Source of the DNA: Candidatus Bathyarchaeota archaeon | GTDB taxonomy: Archaea; Thermoproteota; Bathyarchaeia; Bathyarchaeales; Bathyarchaeaceae | Direction: 5' to 3' | Length of the DNA stretch: 41,189 bases | Assembly (NCBI GenBank): GCA_050115935.1 | Contig: JASFPO010000003.1 | Coordinates: forward strand, 1-41,189 | Shown here: one piece after another, positions 18,705-28,040 of the stretch | Layout of the letters: each line of letters starts with the position of its first letter | Numbering within the stretch: the first letter of the stretch is position 1 | Notes under the pieces: model-generated | Database searches by the model: none | Seen by the model: only the letters and a program-made list of their open reading frames with translations | Told to the model about the DNA's origin: nothing | Program-made: the position numbers and the translations under genes

Positions 18705-18942
18705 CAGAGTCAAGATGTAGACTACCAGATGACTGAGATGTTCCACGAAGTTGGCGACGTGGATGAGAACGGCATAATTGACGTCTTGGACCAACAGACC
18801 AACAGCTTCGCCTACGGATATTTCGTCGGAGAACCAAACTACAACCCAGCAGCAGACAATCGTAGAAACACCATTCGTCATTGACATCAAAGACTTGGCA
18901 ATGCACGGATTCAACTTGGGCAAGCAAAGAGAATACCCATAA
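18705..18942 (+). pseudogene. Remnant of the C-terminus of a dockerin-containing surface protein, with a frameshift
   Basis: Frame 1 reads GDVDENGIIDVLD...AYG...EPNYNPAAD. After one extra A at ~18858 it continues IVETPFVIDIKDLAMHGFNLGKQREYP*. An in-frame TAG at 18702 lies upstream and a T-tract follows at 18952-18957. Confidence 0.7.
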
Positions 18943-19071
18943 CCCTCCATCTTTTTTCTGCACGCGCACAAACAAAGAGAGATATCACCAAGACAGTGCA
19001 AGTTCAAATCACACCTCACCGCTACCTTTTTCTAGCTGAGCTCCATGCCTACAATCCTTGAGGAGCAAAAG

Positions 19072-19581
19072 ATGACAAACGAACTGATCAAAACCATATT
19101 CGCCCGCCGCAGCATACGCAAATACACAGACAAACCAGTCAGTGAGAAGGCCATCAAGACCATACTTGAAGCCGCCATGGCGGCACCTTCAGCTTCAAAT
19201 CGCAAGCCTTGGCACTTCATCGTAGTCACCGACAGGAAAACACTGGACAGGCTAGCCAAAGCTCATCCTTATGGCAAGATGCTGCTTGAAGCACCTCTCT
19301 GCATAGCTGTGTGCGGCGACAAGACCATCTCACCGCGTTATTGGGTACAAGACTGCTCGGCCGCTACGGAGAACCTTCTCTTAGCTGTGGCTGCGTTGGG
19401 TTCTGGCGCAGTTTGGCTCGGTGTGTATCCCAGAGAAGGGCGAGTCAATCCCATAAGGACGGTTCTCAAGATTCCTGAGACTGTTGTTCCTCTTAACTTG
19501 ATTTCTATTGGGCATCCAGCGGAGTTGAAGGAGCCGCGTACACAGTATGACGAGTTGCGAGTGCATCGCGAGCACTGGTAG
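19072..19581 (+). CDS. Nitroreductase family flavoprotein
   Basis: RRSIRKY, AAPSASNRKPWHF, QDCSAATEN. GAGGAG SD before ATG 19072. Confidence 0.93.
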   Translation: MTNELIKTIFARRSIRKYTDKPVSEKAIKTILEAAMAAPSASNRKPWHFIVVTDRKTLDRLAKAHPYGKMLLEAPLCIAVCGDKTISPRYWVQDCSAATENLLLAVAALGSGAVWLGVYPREGRVNPIRTVLKIPETVVPLNLISIGHPAELKEPRTQYDELRVHREHW

Positions 19582-19587
19582 CCATAT

Positions 19588-20160
19588 GTGGAGCAGGAAG
19601 ATGTGGAAGCAGTAGGAGAATTTCCGCAACTGGAAACGAATAGGCTGATCCTGCGGGAAATGAAGCTCGATGATGTAGATTTCTATTTCCGCCACTTTAG
19701 CAACGACGAAATTATTCAAGGTAGTTGTTTTCCAGGACCTGAAAGCCTTGAGGCGGCCAGACAAGAACTCAAACGTTACTGCATTATGCCTTTCCAAGAG
19801 AATAGAGGAATCCGTTGGGGAATCGTTAGAAAAGGGGATGAGGAGCTTATAGGAAGCTGCGGCTACTACGATTGGAACAAAACAGCGCGTCGAGCTGAAA
19901 TCGGATACGATCTGGACCCTGCTTACTGGGGACAAGGCATCATGACTGAAGCACTGAGGGCTGTGTTAGAATACGGATTTGGAAAGATGGATTTGAACAG
20001 AATTCAAGCGATTATTGACTCAGAAAATGTCCAATCTTTGCGACTTGTTGAGAGATTAGGCTTCAGAAAGGAAGGGGTTCTTCGACAAAATAGTTATTTT
20101 GGCGGATTCAGAGATGATATCGTTTTTTCCCTATTGAGACAAGAATGGACAAAATCATAA
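19588..20160 (+). CDS. GNAT acetyltransferase, RimJ/RimL family
   Basis: LETNRLILR, AEIGYDL...YWGQGIMTEA, N..S..L.E.LGF.KEG..R. Confidence 0.92.
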   Translation: MEQEDVEAVGEFPQLETNRLILREMKLDDVDFYFRHFSNDEIIQGSCFPGPESLEAARQELKRYCIMPFQENRGIRWGIVRKGDEELIGSCGYYDWNKTARRAEIGYDLDPAYWGQGIMTEALRAVLEYGFGKMDLNRIQAIIDSENVQSLRLVERLGFRKEGVLRQNSYFGGFRDDIVFSLLRQEWTKS

Positions 20161-20302
20161 CGGTTGAAAATGAGGGTTTGCTGGCTGGAATGCAGGGATA
20201 TCTCAACTTCATCACATCTTAGTTGAAACGAGATGTTTTCCGAACACACACTTTATTTGAAACGAGAAGACATGATATAAAATCCAAAGTGCTGAAGAGA
20301 GA

Positions 20303-21550
20303 GTGCGACAGCTGGATATCCTGTCCAAACTAAAGAAAGAGTTTAGCTTCATTCAAGGAAACTATCTGATCCTCATCTTGAGCTGGATTCTGATGGATTT
20401 CGCCCGGGAATTAGCAGCTCCCTACTACCCAGAATACGTAAGGCAACTCGGAGCCACTGAAAGCATCGTTGGTGCTATAGGATTCATCGCCTTCCTAGCA
20501 ATGGCTTCTGTTCAGTTTCCAGGAGGATATCTAGCCGATAAATACGGAAGAAAGTGGCTTGTGTCTACTATGACATTTGGCGTTGCACTGTCATACATCT
20601 TTTTTGCAGTTGCAACAACGTGGCATTTCATACTCATCGGAACTCTGATCGCCAACCTTAGCCTGCTATATCAACCGGCTTTACTTGCAATGATGGCTGA
20701 CTCTATGCCCCCTGAAAGACGAGGTATGGGCTACTCGATCATCAACCTTATTATGAGCGTGACCACCACGCCAGCAGCGGCTGTGGGCCTGACGCTCATT
20801 GTTCAATACGGACTTGTGGGTGGTCTTCGAATTGGATACACAATCATCGTCGTTTTCTTCCTTGCCGCAGCGATTCTTAGGCTGAGACTCAAAGAGAGCA
20901 TAGAGAAGAACCCTGAGAAAATGCAGCTTAATGAACTCCTCAGCTCTTATCCCAAAGCTCTTATGGAAGGAATAAGTGTTTGGAAGGCTGTTCCACGGTC
21001 AACCTTCTTTCTATTCATAACCGGACTTTTATGGAGGTTTTCCTTTGCCCTCTCACAGTTCGTCATGCTATTTTATGCATTGGATGTGCTTATGATCTCA
21101 CCAGCAACATGGGGACTTGCCACAATCGCCTTGTTCAGTACCATGTTAGTGTTCGCTCTTCCTGTAGGTAAACTCCTTGACAAGATTGGAAGAAAGATTC
21201 CGCTAATCCTTGCTGGTCTGGTGATGCTCCCCGCTATCTATTTGTTTATCTATGGGGATGCGGTAAGAGTCTTCATCTCTCTGCCCTTGCTTGGGCTTGG
21301 ACAGCTTTTGGCAATGTCATCCTACATGTCTTTGCTAGCGGATCTAGTTCCTCGAGACCAGAGAGGGAAAGTCATTGGTTCTAGCAATTTCTTCAGTTAT
21401 GTCTTCATGGCTTTTGGCTCATTAGCAGGAGGTGTCATCTATCAGATTGTATCCCCTCAGTTGCCCTTCCTGCTCATGATCGTCTTAATGATTCCCGCGC
21501 TGCTAATACTCACTTTCCTAGTGCATGAGCCAGAGAGAAGAGAAGAATAG
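20303..21550 (+). CDS. MFS transporter
   Basis: About 12 TMs, with motif A in both halves (GYLADKYGRK and GKLLDKIGRK). Confidence 0.92.
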   Translation: MRQLDILSKLKKEFSFIQGNYLILILSWILMDFARELAAPYYPEYVRQLGATESIVGAIGFIAFLAMASVQFPGGYLADKYGRKWLVSTMTFGVALSYIFFAVATTWHFILIGTLIANLSLLYQPALLAMMADSMPPERRGMGYSIINLIMSVTTTPAAAVGLTLIVQYGLVGGLRIGYTIIVVFFLAAAILRLRLKESIEKNPEKMQLNELLSSYPKALMEGISVWKAVPRSTFFLFITGLLWRFSFALSQFVMLFYALDVLMISPATWGLATIALFSTMLVFALPVGKLLDKIGRKIPLILAGLVMLPAIYLFIYGDAVRVFISLPLLGLGQLLAMSSYMSLLADLVPRDQRGKVIGSSNFFSYVFMAFGSLAGGVIYQIVSPQLPFLLMIVLMIPALLILTFLVHEPERREE

Positions 21551-21724
21551 ACATTGGCAAAACTGAACCCCCTTTGATTCAATGTACATCGTCAAATTAC
21601 TGGAAAAAAGAGAAGTCACGGAATATCACCATTGGTTGCCCGGCTGAGGTCCGACTGGTAATTTCAACAACATTGTTTTCACAAACCAGTGATTTTATAA
21701 TTCTCACGTCTGCGGACTTACAAG

Positions 21725-22594
21725 CTAGCCTACTTCTCTTCCCGCCAGTTCTGAGAGTAACATGCCGGCAATAATCAAAACTGCTCCAATGATTCCATTT
21801 TGGCTTAAGGTTTCACCCAAAGTGGCAAAGGAGAAGATCAGGGCAAAAATAGGCTCAGCTGTGAAGATTATTGCAGCTTTGGTGGCTGTTGTGTATTTCT
21901 GGGCATAATTTTGGGCTAGAAAGGCTATAGTTGTTGCGAAAACCGCTGTAATCAATATTGCAACCCAAGTTATTCTTGATGTAGGGAGAATAAGCGGTTC
22001 AAGAACTGCCCATGCGAGCATGGAGAAAATACATGTTGTGAAGGCCTGCACCGTAGCTAGAACTGATGGGCTAAATTCCTTTGTGTATTTGTCTATCAAG
22101 ACCACGCTGAAGGCATACGCAATCGCACACACGAGTGTTAGGAAGTCTCCATAATTCATGTTTAGACCTATTGGATCAATTTCGGACAGGAGGAAGAGTC
22201 CTGTTAGAGCCATTAGAACAGCTAGAATTCGTTTTCTTGGAAGAGTGGTTCTTAAGATCATATATGAAAGAACAGGGGTGAAGACAACATAAAGGCCTGT
22301 GATGAATCCTGATTTTGACGCAGTCGTGTATTTCAGACCAACGGTTTGGGTCATATAGCCGATGAAGATGAATACTCCAATGAGAAAGCCAGCTCTTAAG
22401 ACTTCTTTTCTTGTTGATGCAACCTCCTTTCTGAAGATAACGATCAGAATAAGAGTTGCTATAACGAACCGTAGAGAGAGAAAGACATAGGGAGATGTTT
22501 CCTGCAGAACCACTTTTATAAGGGGAAATGTTCCTCCCCAAATCAAAGATACTCCTAGTAGCGTGACATCCGCCAGACCTTCTCTAGAGACCAT
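21725..22594 (-). CDS. DMT/EamA family transporter
   Basis: Two EamA repeats, IWGGTF, RF..A, GD.LTL.CA, EPIFA. Confidence 0.92.
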   Translation of the reverse strand: MVSREGLADVTLLGVSLIWGGTFPLIKVVLQETSPYVFLSLRFVIATLILIVIFRKEVASTRKEVLRAGFLIGVFIFIGYMTQTVGLKYTTASKSGFITGLYVVFTPVLSYMILRTTLPRKRILAVLMALTGLFLLSEIDPIGLNMNYGDFLTLVCAIAYAFSVVLIDKYTKEFSPSVLATVQAFTTCIFSMLAWAVLEPLILPTSRITWVAILITAVFATTIAFLAQNYAQKYTTATKAAIIFTAEPIFALIFSFATLGETLSQNGIIGAVLIIAGMLLSELAGREVG

Positions 22595-22661
22595 GCTCTT
22601 TCCACACGCTTTATTTGACAGATTTACAGATTAAGGCTACCGCTTCACAGGCGCACGTAAC

Positions 22662-23921
22662 ATGCGAGCTCCAAAGCTATATTCGTCTAGTGTGATAATT
22701 CTCTCTTCAGCTGCGCTAGTGGAGAATCTTGCTTATGCTCTACCCATGTCTTATTTTCCAGATTTCGTCCAGCTTTTGGGGGCATCAATTGCCTACATCG
22801 GTCTGTTCACCGCCGCTTTCACCGCAGCCAACGCAACCCTCTCCCAAAAATTCGGGAGCTTATCAGACAGAGTTGGGAGAAAAAAGCTGATCCAAGCCGG
22901 CTTGCTCACTGACGTCTTCTTGGGCACCTTGACTGGAATCGTGTGGAATTGGGCCCCGCTTCTAATTATCAGGATCTTGAACGGAGTGGCCACGGCGGCT
23001 GTGGCTGCTCCATCCGAAGCTTCCTTGGTGGACCAAGTTCCTAAGGATAGATTGGGAGAAGCCTTAGGATTCTATTTGACCTTGAGCATGGTAGGATTCA
23101 ACATGGGACCGGTTTTCGGGGGCGCTATTCAATTTCTGTGTAATGACATTATTGGACTTGGGCTCGAGTGGAGCTATAGAGTTCCTTTCTTCGTTGACTC
23201 CATCCTTGCTCTAGTAGCCTTTTTCTTAGTGTGGTGGGGAGTCGAAGAGACTAGAGGAAAGAGCTCATCCAGAAAAATGTCTCAACAAAAGGAAGACGTG
23301 AAGCTGAGCAGAAAAGTGAGGTTTTCTCTCAGAATTCTCTACGTCTCTTCCTTGGCAATTGGATTCGCCGTTGGTGTCATAATCCCCATAACTGTACTGT
23401 ACTTCGACGACATCTTCAATGCGTCTCCTCTACAAATTGGCACAATATTGTCCATATCAGGTTTCGTTGGCTTAACTTGCAACCTCTACGCTGGAAAGAT
23501 CTCCGACCGAGTTGGCAGGAAACCCATCATAGCCCTAGGAAGCCTCCCTTCAAGATTGTCTACCATCGCTTTTCCGTTCGCACCCAATCTCATCTCTGCT
23601 GCCGGAATATCGATTTTCAGATCTTTCGGTCACAATATCGCCATGCCGGCATCCCGAGCCTTGAGAGCCGACTTGATACCTGAGAAGATTAGAGGAAAAC
23701 TATTCGGAAGATTAGCAGCCTTTTTCAGTCTTGGTGCAATATTAGGTCCGATACTGTCCACATGGCTATACGAAATCTACAGGTTCTCGACCTTTGAGAT
23801 TCCCTGGCTCGGCAACTTAGTAGTAAGGGGAGCAGGCATTCCATTCTTCGTCAGCAGTGCTTTCGGGTTGTTCTCACTTCTTCTGGTTTTGGCATTCGTT
23901 GAAGAGCCGAAACGAAGATAG
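22662..23921 (+). CDS. MFS transporter
   Basis: GSLSDRVGRKK and GKISDRVGRKP motifs, about 12 TMs. Confidence 0.92.
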   Translation: MRAPKLYSSSVIILSSAALVENLAYALPMSYFPDFVQLLGASIAYIGLFTAAFTAANATLSQKFGSLSDRVGRKKLIQAGLLTDVFLGTLTGIVWNWAPLLIIRILNGVATAAVAAPSEASLVDQVPKDRLGEALGFYLTLSMVGFNMGPVFGGAIQFLCNDIIGLGLEWSYRVPFFVDSILALVAFFLVWWGVEETRGKSSSRKMSQQKEDVKLSRKVRFSLRILYVSSLAIGFAVGVIIPITVLYFDDIFNASPLQIGTILSISGFVGLTCNLYAGKISDRVGRKPIIALGSLPSRLSTIAFPFAPNLISAAGISIFRSFGHNIAMPASRALRADLIPEKIRGKLFGRLAAFFSLGAILGPILSTWLYEIYRFSTFEIPWLGNLVVRGAGIPFFVSSAFGLFSLLLVLAFVEEPKRR

Positions 23922-24044
23922 TTTTAGAATGAAGAGTTTAATCACTTCGCTTCATCTATACTCGAAATTCATAATTCATTTATACGAATCCGCATAGAGC
24001 GAATTCTAAACTCACAATGTTCAAGCTACTCAGAGGAGTTACTT

Positions 24045-24404
24045 TTGCCCCCACGCGATTTCGGAAAGATTCTGCTCGAAGCAATAGATGAAGGATTATC
24101 TTCACTAGGACAATCATCTAGGCAAGCGATCTACTTCCACCTGGAGAAATCCTTCAATATAAAGAAACAAGAAATCCCTCTAAGAATCGAGCTTTTTACA
24201 GATGCAATTGAACAGATTTTCGGATCAGGAGCAGATTATCTTGAGGTTTTAATTGTGAAGCGACTTCATGAAAAAATCGGTAAGCTTGGAGCGAATTCTA
24301 TGAAGAAGGAAGGTTGCAGAGACTTTTCAGAGTATATAGGGCAGTTGAAGGAGGAATGTAGAAATTGCAGAACGAGATCGTGCAAAGCGCAGCGGAAGGC
24401 ATGA
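24045..24404 (+). CDS. DUF3227/NitrOD5-like small signalling protein
   Basis: LLEAIDEGLSSLG....AIYFHLE......IP.....F...IEQIFGSGA..LE..I pattern. Overlaps the kinase start. Confidence 0.65.
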   Translation: MPPRDFGKILLEAIDEGLSSLGQSSRQAIYFHLEKSFNIKKQEIPLRIELFTDAIEQIFGSGADYLEVLIVKRLHEKIGKLGANSMKKEGCRDFSEYIGQLKEECRNCRTRSCKAQRKA

Positions 24405-26704
24405 AAGCGAAAGCAGAAAATGCACAGCAAATGATGGAGTTTGGAGAGAAATTCCAAGCCTTTTTTAATCTTATACCATATCCGGTGGCCATCATTAATA
24501 AAAAGGGTGAAATCCTAGCGATCAACGACAAGGCTGAGGAAAAGACCGGTTTCAAAAAAAGAGAGTTACTTGGAAAGAATTTTCTCACAACGGCAATCGT
24601 GACTGAGGATAGCAGAGCCATTCTAGTGAGAAACTTTGCAAAAAGAATGAAAGGAATACACGTAGCACCCTACGAAGTTGAAGCGCTCACAAAGGATGGT
24701 AGAAAATTAGCAGTTGAGGTAAACGCAGCAAGAATGGAATATAAAGGCAAACCAGCAGACCTCGTCATGTTCCATGATGTATCGGAGAGAAAGATGATAA
24801 AAGAAAGGCTTTCTGCGTTGAACTTTTATGGTAGGAGGCTAAACACAGCAGATAACCTTCAGAAGGTCTACGAATTAACCCTAGATGCAATGGAGCAAAC
24901 ATTAGGGTTTGAACATGCATCGTTTCTAGCCATAGACAGAGGCAAGCTTCGAGTTGCATGTCAACGTGGATACCCGTCGCCCTTGCACCTGAACCTGCCG
25001 CTGGATGGAACAGAAAGTGGTATAACTGTAAGAGCAGCAAACTCGCACAAACCGGTTCTCGTTTCTGACACGAGGAAAGACAAGGACTATGTGGAAGGGG
25101 TTCGAGGCATACGCTCAGAACTGGCTGTTCCAGTTGAGACAGAAAACAAAACTTTCGGAGTGCTAAATGTAGAAAGCAGGAATTTAGGAGCGTTCGATTC
25201 AAAGGACGTAACATTGCTTCAAATCTTGGCTTCGCACGCGGCAACAGCAATCACCAGCCTAGAAAAACGGGAAGAAATTGAGAAGCGCTCCAGCCAACTG
25301 GCTTCGCTAATGAAGAGTTCAACAAAGATGATCAGTTCCACAGATTTGCGCCAAAGGCTCCAAACAATCGCCGAAGCAATCAAAGAGCTCGGATGGCAAA
25401 GAGTTGTAATTTCAGTTAGAGATGAAAACCTAGAGATAACCGACCTCGTAACAGAAGGCCTGACAGAAGATGAGGTTAAACTTCTTCTGGAAAGAAAGTC
25501 ACCAGGCTCTGTTTGGCGTGAACGCTTGAGCTCAAGCTATGATCGATTCAGAATCGGAGAGTTTTACTACCTGCCTTGGAACGAGCTTTGGGTTCGAAAA
25601 AACGTTCATGGCGTCCCAGCTAATTTGCCTCCTGAAGAAGCAACTACATATTCAGGAGTTCCAAGCAAACTGGCGCCAGAAGAGATGATTGACTGGCATC
25701 CCCAAGACATGCTCTACGCACCTCTTCGCTTACCTGAGGGGCATATTGTGGGAATTATAAGTATGGATGACCCTTTGGATGGTCGACGGCCCACCAGAGA
25801 CTCTCTTGTTCCACTAAAGCTGTTTCTGTATCAGGCCGCTGTAGCCATTGAGAATGCTCAGTTAATCCAGCAACTAAACAATGCGAAAAACAAAATTAGG
25901 GAATACGCGGATCAACTCGAACTGAAAGTGAATCAGAGAACTCAAGAATTAATGGAAGCCCAATATCGACTACTCAAAGCTGAAAGACTTGCTGCCATCG
26001 GAGAAGTGGCAGCGATGGTTGGTCATGATTTGCGCAACCCGCTAACAGGAATCTCCGGCGTTGGATACTATCTGAAGATGAAGTTAGGCTCAAAAATGAG
26101 CAGCAAAACAAGAGAAATGTTGGAACTTTTGGAGAAGGATATAGAATATTCGAACAAGATCATAAATGACCTCCTAGAATACTCCGGAGAGATACGTTTA
26201 GAACTGAAGGAGACTACCCTAAAATCAATCGTAAAGGAGGCATTATCACTTGTTGAGGTCCCCAAGAACATCCGAGTGTCCAATCTAACTCAGAGCGAAC
26301 CAAGAGTAGAGGTTGATATAGAGAGATTGAAGAGAGCCTTTGTCAACATCGTCAAGAACGCAGTTGACGCCATGCCCAAGGGCGGCAAGCTCACAATAAA
26401 AAGTGAGGAAACAAACGATTACCTAGAAATCGACTTCACTGACACAGGGGCAGGTATGTCAAGAGATATTATAGGGAAAATTGGGACACCCCTCTTCACG
26501 ACTAAAGCAAAAGGAATGGGTTTAGGTCTGTCCATCTGCAAACGCATCCTGGAAGCTCATGGAGGCAGTGTTTCCGCAAAAAGCACAGTTGGTAAAGGAA
26601 CCACATTCACAGTAACTATCCCTATCAAGCAAAAATCTGAGGGAGGTGAAAAAGCATGGCAGAACAAGCCAGAATCCTTGTTGTCGACGATGACGAAAGC
26701 ATAA
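24365..26704 (+). CDS. Cytoplasmic sensor histidine kinase (PAS-GAF-GAF-HisKA-HATPase)
   Basis: PAS ending DVSERK, GAF SELAVP...GVLNVES, second GAF GIISMDDP, H-box GHDLRNPL, NAVDAM, DTGAG, GMGLGL, GTTF. GGAGG SD at ~24350. Confidence 0.95.
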   Translation: MQNEIVQSAAEGMKAKAENAQQMMEFGEKFQAFFNLIPYPVAIINKKGEILAINDKAEEKTGFKKRELLGKNFLTTAIVTEDSRAILVRNFAKRMKGIHVAPYEVEALTKDGRKLAVEVNAARMEYKGKPADLVMFHDVSERKMIKERLSALNFYGRRLNTADNLQKVYELTLDAMEQTLGFEHASFLAIDRGKLRVACQRGYPSPLHLNLPLDGTESGITVRAANSHKPVLVSDTRKDKDYVEGVRGIRSELAVPVETENKTFGVLNVESRNLGAFDSKDVTLLQILASHAATAITSLEKREEIEKRSSQLASLMKSSTKMISSTDLRQRLQTIAEAIKELGWQRVVISVRDENLEITDLVTEGLTEDEVKLLLERKSPGSVWRERLSSSYDRFRIGEFYYLPWNELWVRKNVHGVPANLPPEEATTYSGVPSKLAPEEMIDWHPQDMLYAPLRLPEGHIVGIISMDDPLDGRRPTRDSLVPLKLFLYQAAVAIENAQLIQQLNNAKNKIREYADQLELKVNQRTQELMEAQYRLLKAERLAAIGEVAAMVGHDLRNPLTGISGVGYYLKMKLGSKMSSKTREMLELLEKDIEYSNKIINDLLEYSGEIRLELKETTLKSIVKEALSLVEVPKNIRVSNLTQSEPRVEVDIERLKRAFVNIVKNAVDAMPKGGKLTIKSEETNDYLEIDFTDTGAGMSRDIIGKIGTPLFTTKAKGMGLGLSICKRILEAHGGSVSAKSTVGKGTTFTVTIPIKQKSEGGEKAWQNKPESLLSTMTKA

Positions 26705-27111
26705 GAAAAACCCTCGCAACCATACTGGAAGAAAAAGGATATGTTGTTGAAACGGCGAGAAACGGCAAGGAAGCAATCGAAAAATCCAAAGCAAAATTCT
26801 TCAACTTAGCTTTAATAGATATTCGACTTCCAGACATGGAAGGAACAAAACTATTGACTGCAATGAAAGAAACTACGCCGAGGATGATCAAAGTGATTGT
26901 TACGGGTTATCCCTCATTGCAGAATGCCGTTGAAGCTGTAAATATGGGAGGAGATGCGTACATACTTAAGCCGTTGAGAATAGAGAATCTCCTCAACACA
27001 ATCAAGGAGCATCTGCAAAAACAACAAGAAGCAAGAAAATACAGCGAAGACAAAGTCGCAGAATTCATTGAAACACGAGCAAAAGAACTAACAATGATAA
27101 AAAGTACATAG
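26656..27111 (+). CDS. Stand-alone response regulator (REC) with a C-terminal helical tail
   Basis: ILVVDDD, phospho-Asp LIDIRLPD, TG, YILKP. GGAGGTG SD upstream. Confidence 0.95.
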   Translation: MAEQARILVVDDDESIRKTLATILEEKGYVVETARNGKEAIEKSKAKFFNLALIDIRLPDMEGTKLLTAMKETTPRMIKVIVTGYPSLQNAVEAVNMGGDAYILKPLRIENLLNTIKEHLQKQQEARKYSEDKVAEFIETRAKELTMIKST

Positions 27112-27391
27112 CAATTCTCCTTTTTTTTGTCTCGTAGAAAAAGCGTCTTCCTATCAAATATGAGTCTGTTCAAGATTTTCAGTTCATGCCCTCATAATTT
27201 GTCATGCATGCAGATACATGCTGAAACTAAGTTTGACGTGAAAAAAGAGAGTCTTGTGACAAAAGATAGCAACCTTCACTCCTAAGAATGCATCAGAACA
27301 AAACCGTTTAACCTTTGCCGAATGCATACTGCGAATTCACAATGCTTTAATCCATTCTACATGGCAACTAACTATTGAAAGATGAACAAGC

Positions 27392-27697
27392 ATGACAGTC
27401 ATTCCGATTTGCAGACCCTATGTTTTCCTTAGATGCAAAAGATGCAACAGAAAGACAGAGCATGTCTTGATTGGCACAAGCGCTATCAAAGAGGCAATAG
27501 AAGAAGACTTTGAGTGCCAAGAGTGTGGACAAGTAAGGAAGATCTATGAAATAGCTATCCTAGCTGAACCTGAAACCCTAGCAATTCAGGAGCTGGAGAG
27601 GAAAATTGAAGCTAAGCGAAAACTCGTGAAACAGCTGGAAGCGAAGAGAAGCAATCTCGAAAAAGAACTAAGAAATCGCAAAAGAGAACCCACATGA
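27392..27697 (+). CDS. Small Zn-ribbon plus coiled-coil protein
   Basis: CKRC...H...CQEC followed by a heptad-rich C-terminus. Confidence 0.65.
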   Translation: MTVIPICRPYVFLRCKRCNRKTEHVLIGTSAIKEAIEEDFECQECGQVRKIYEIAILAEPETLAIQELERKIEAKRKLVKQLEAKRSNLEKELRNRKREPT

Positions 27698-27770
27698 GAT
27701 GCATGCACATCTATTTCCTTCTTCTGGTACAAAGGCAGTGCATTGTGAAAGAATGTGGAAAGAAATAGCG

Positions 27771-27971
27771 CTATTCTGTTTTGGCTACAATCATGACGAT
27801 GCCTAGTCCGATTAGAATTAAGCCTGCAACTAAGAATATACTTGGATAAGACCCTATATTGTTAATGTTGGTATATGCTACATAAAAAATGAGTATACCT
27901 ATGAGCATTATAACGAATCCAATGAGCTTTTCCATGATTGCTAATCCGAAGGCTGCCTCAACTCTGCTCAA
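27771..27971 (-). CDS. Small two-TM membrane protein
   Basis: 66 aa with two hydrophobic helices, downstream of top6A. Confidence 0.65.
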   Translation of the reverse strand: MSRVEAAFGLAIMEKLIGFVIMLIGILIFYVAYTNINNIGSYPSIFLVAGLILIGLGIVMIVAKTE

Positions 27972-28040
27972 TCACCTTGCACATCCTAGAGGTTTACATA
28001 GGTTTAGCCTAGGCTTTATTTTAATTTTGTTGAAGCTGTC

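Noticed and set aside
18705-18942. Complete diversity-generating retroelement
   Set aside because: No reverse transcriptase, Avd or second repeat copy is in the window; kept only as a speculative test in the findings.
18408-19019. 203-aa minus-strand ORF and the overlapping 94-aa ORF
   Set aside because: These are antisense shadows of the Topo IB 3' end and the dockerin remnant, with no recognisable motifs.
24045-24404. Frameshifted N-terminus of the histidine kinase
   Set aside because: The kinase has its own GGAGG SD and TTG start, and the small domain appears complete before the overlap.
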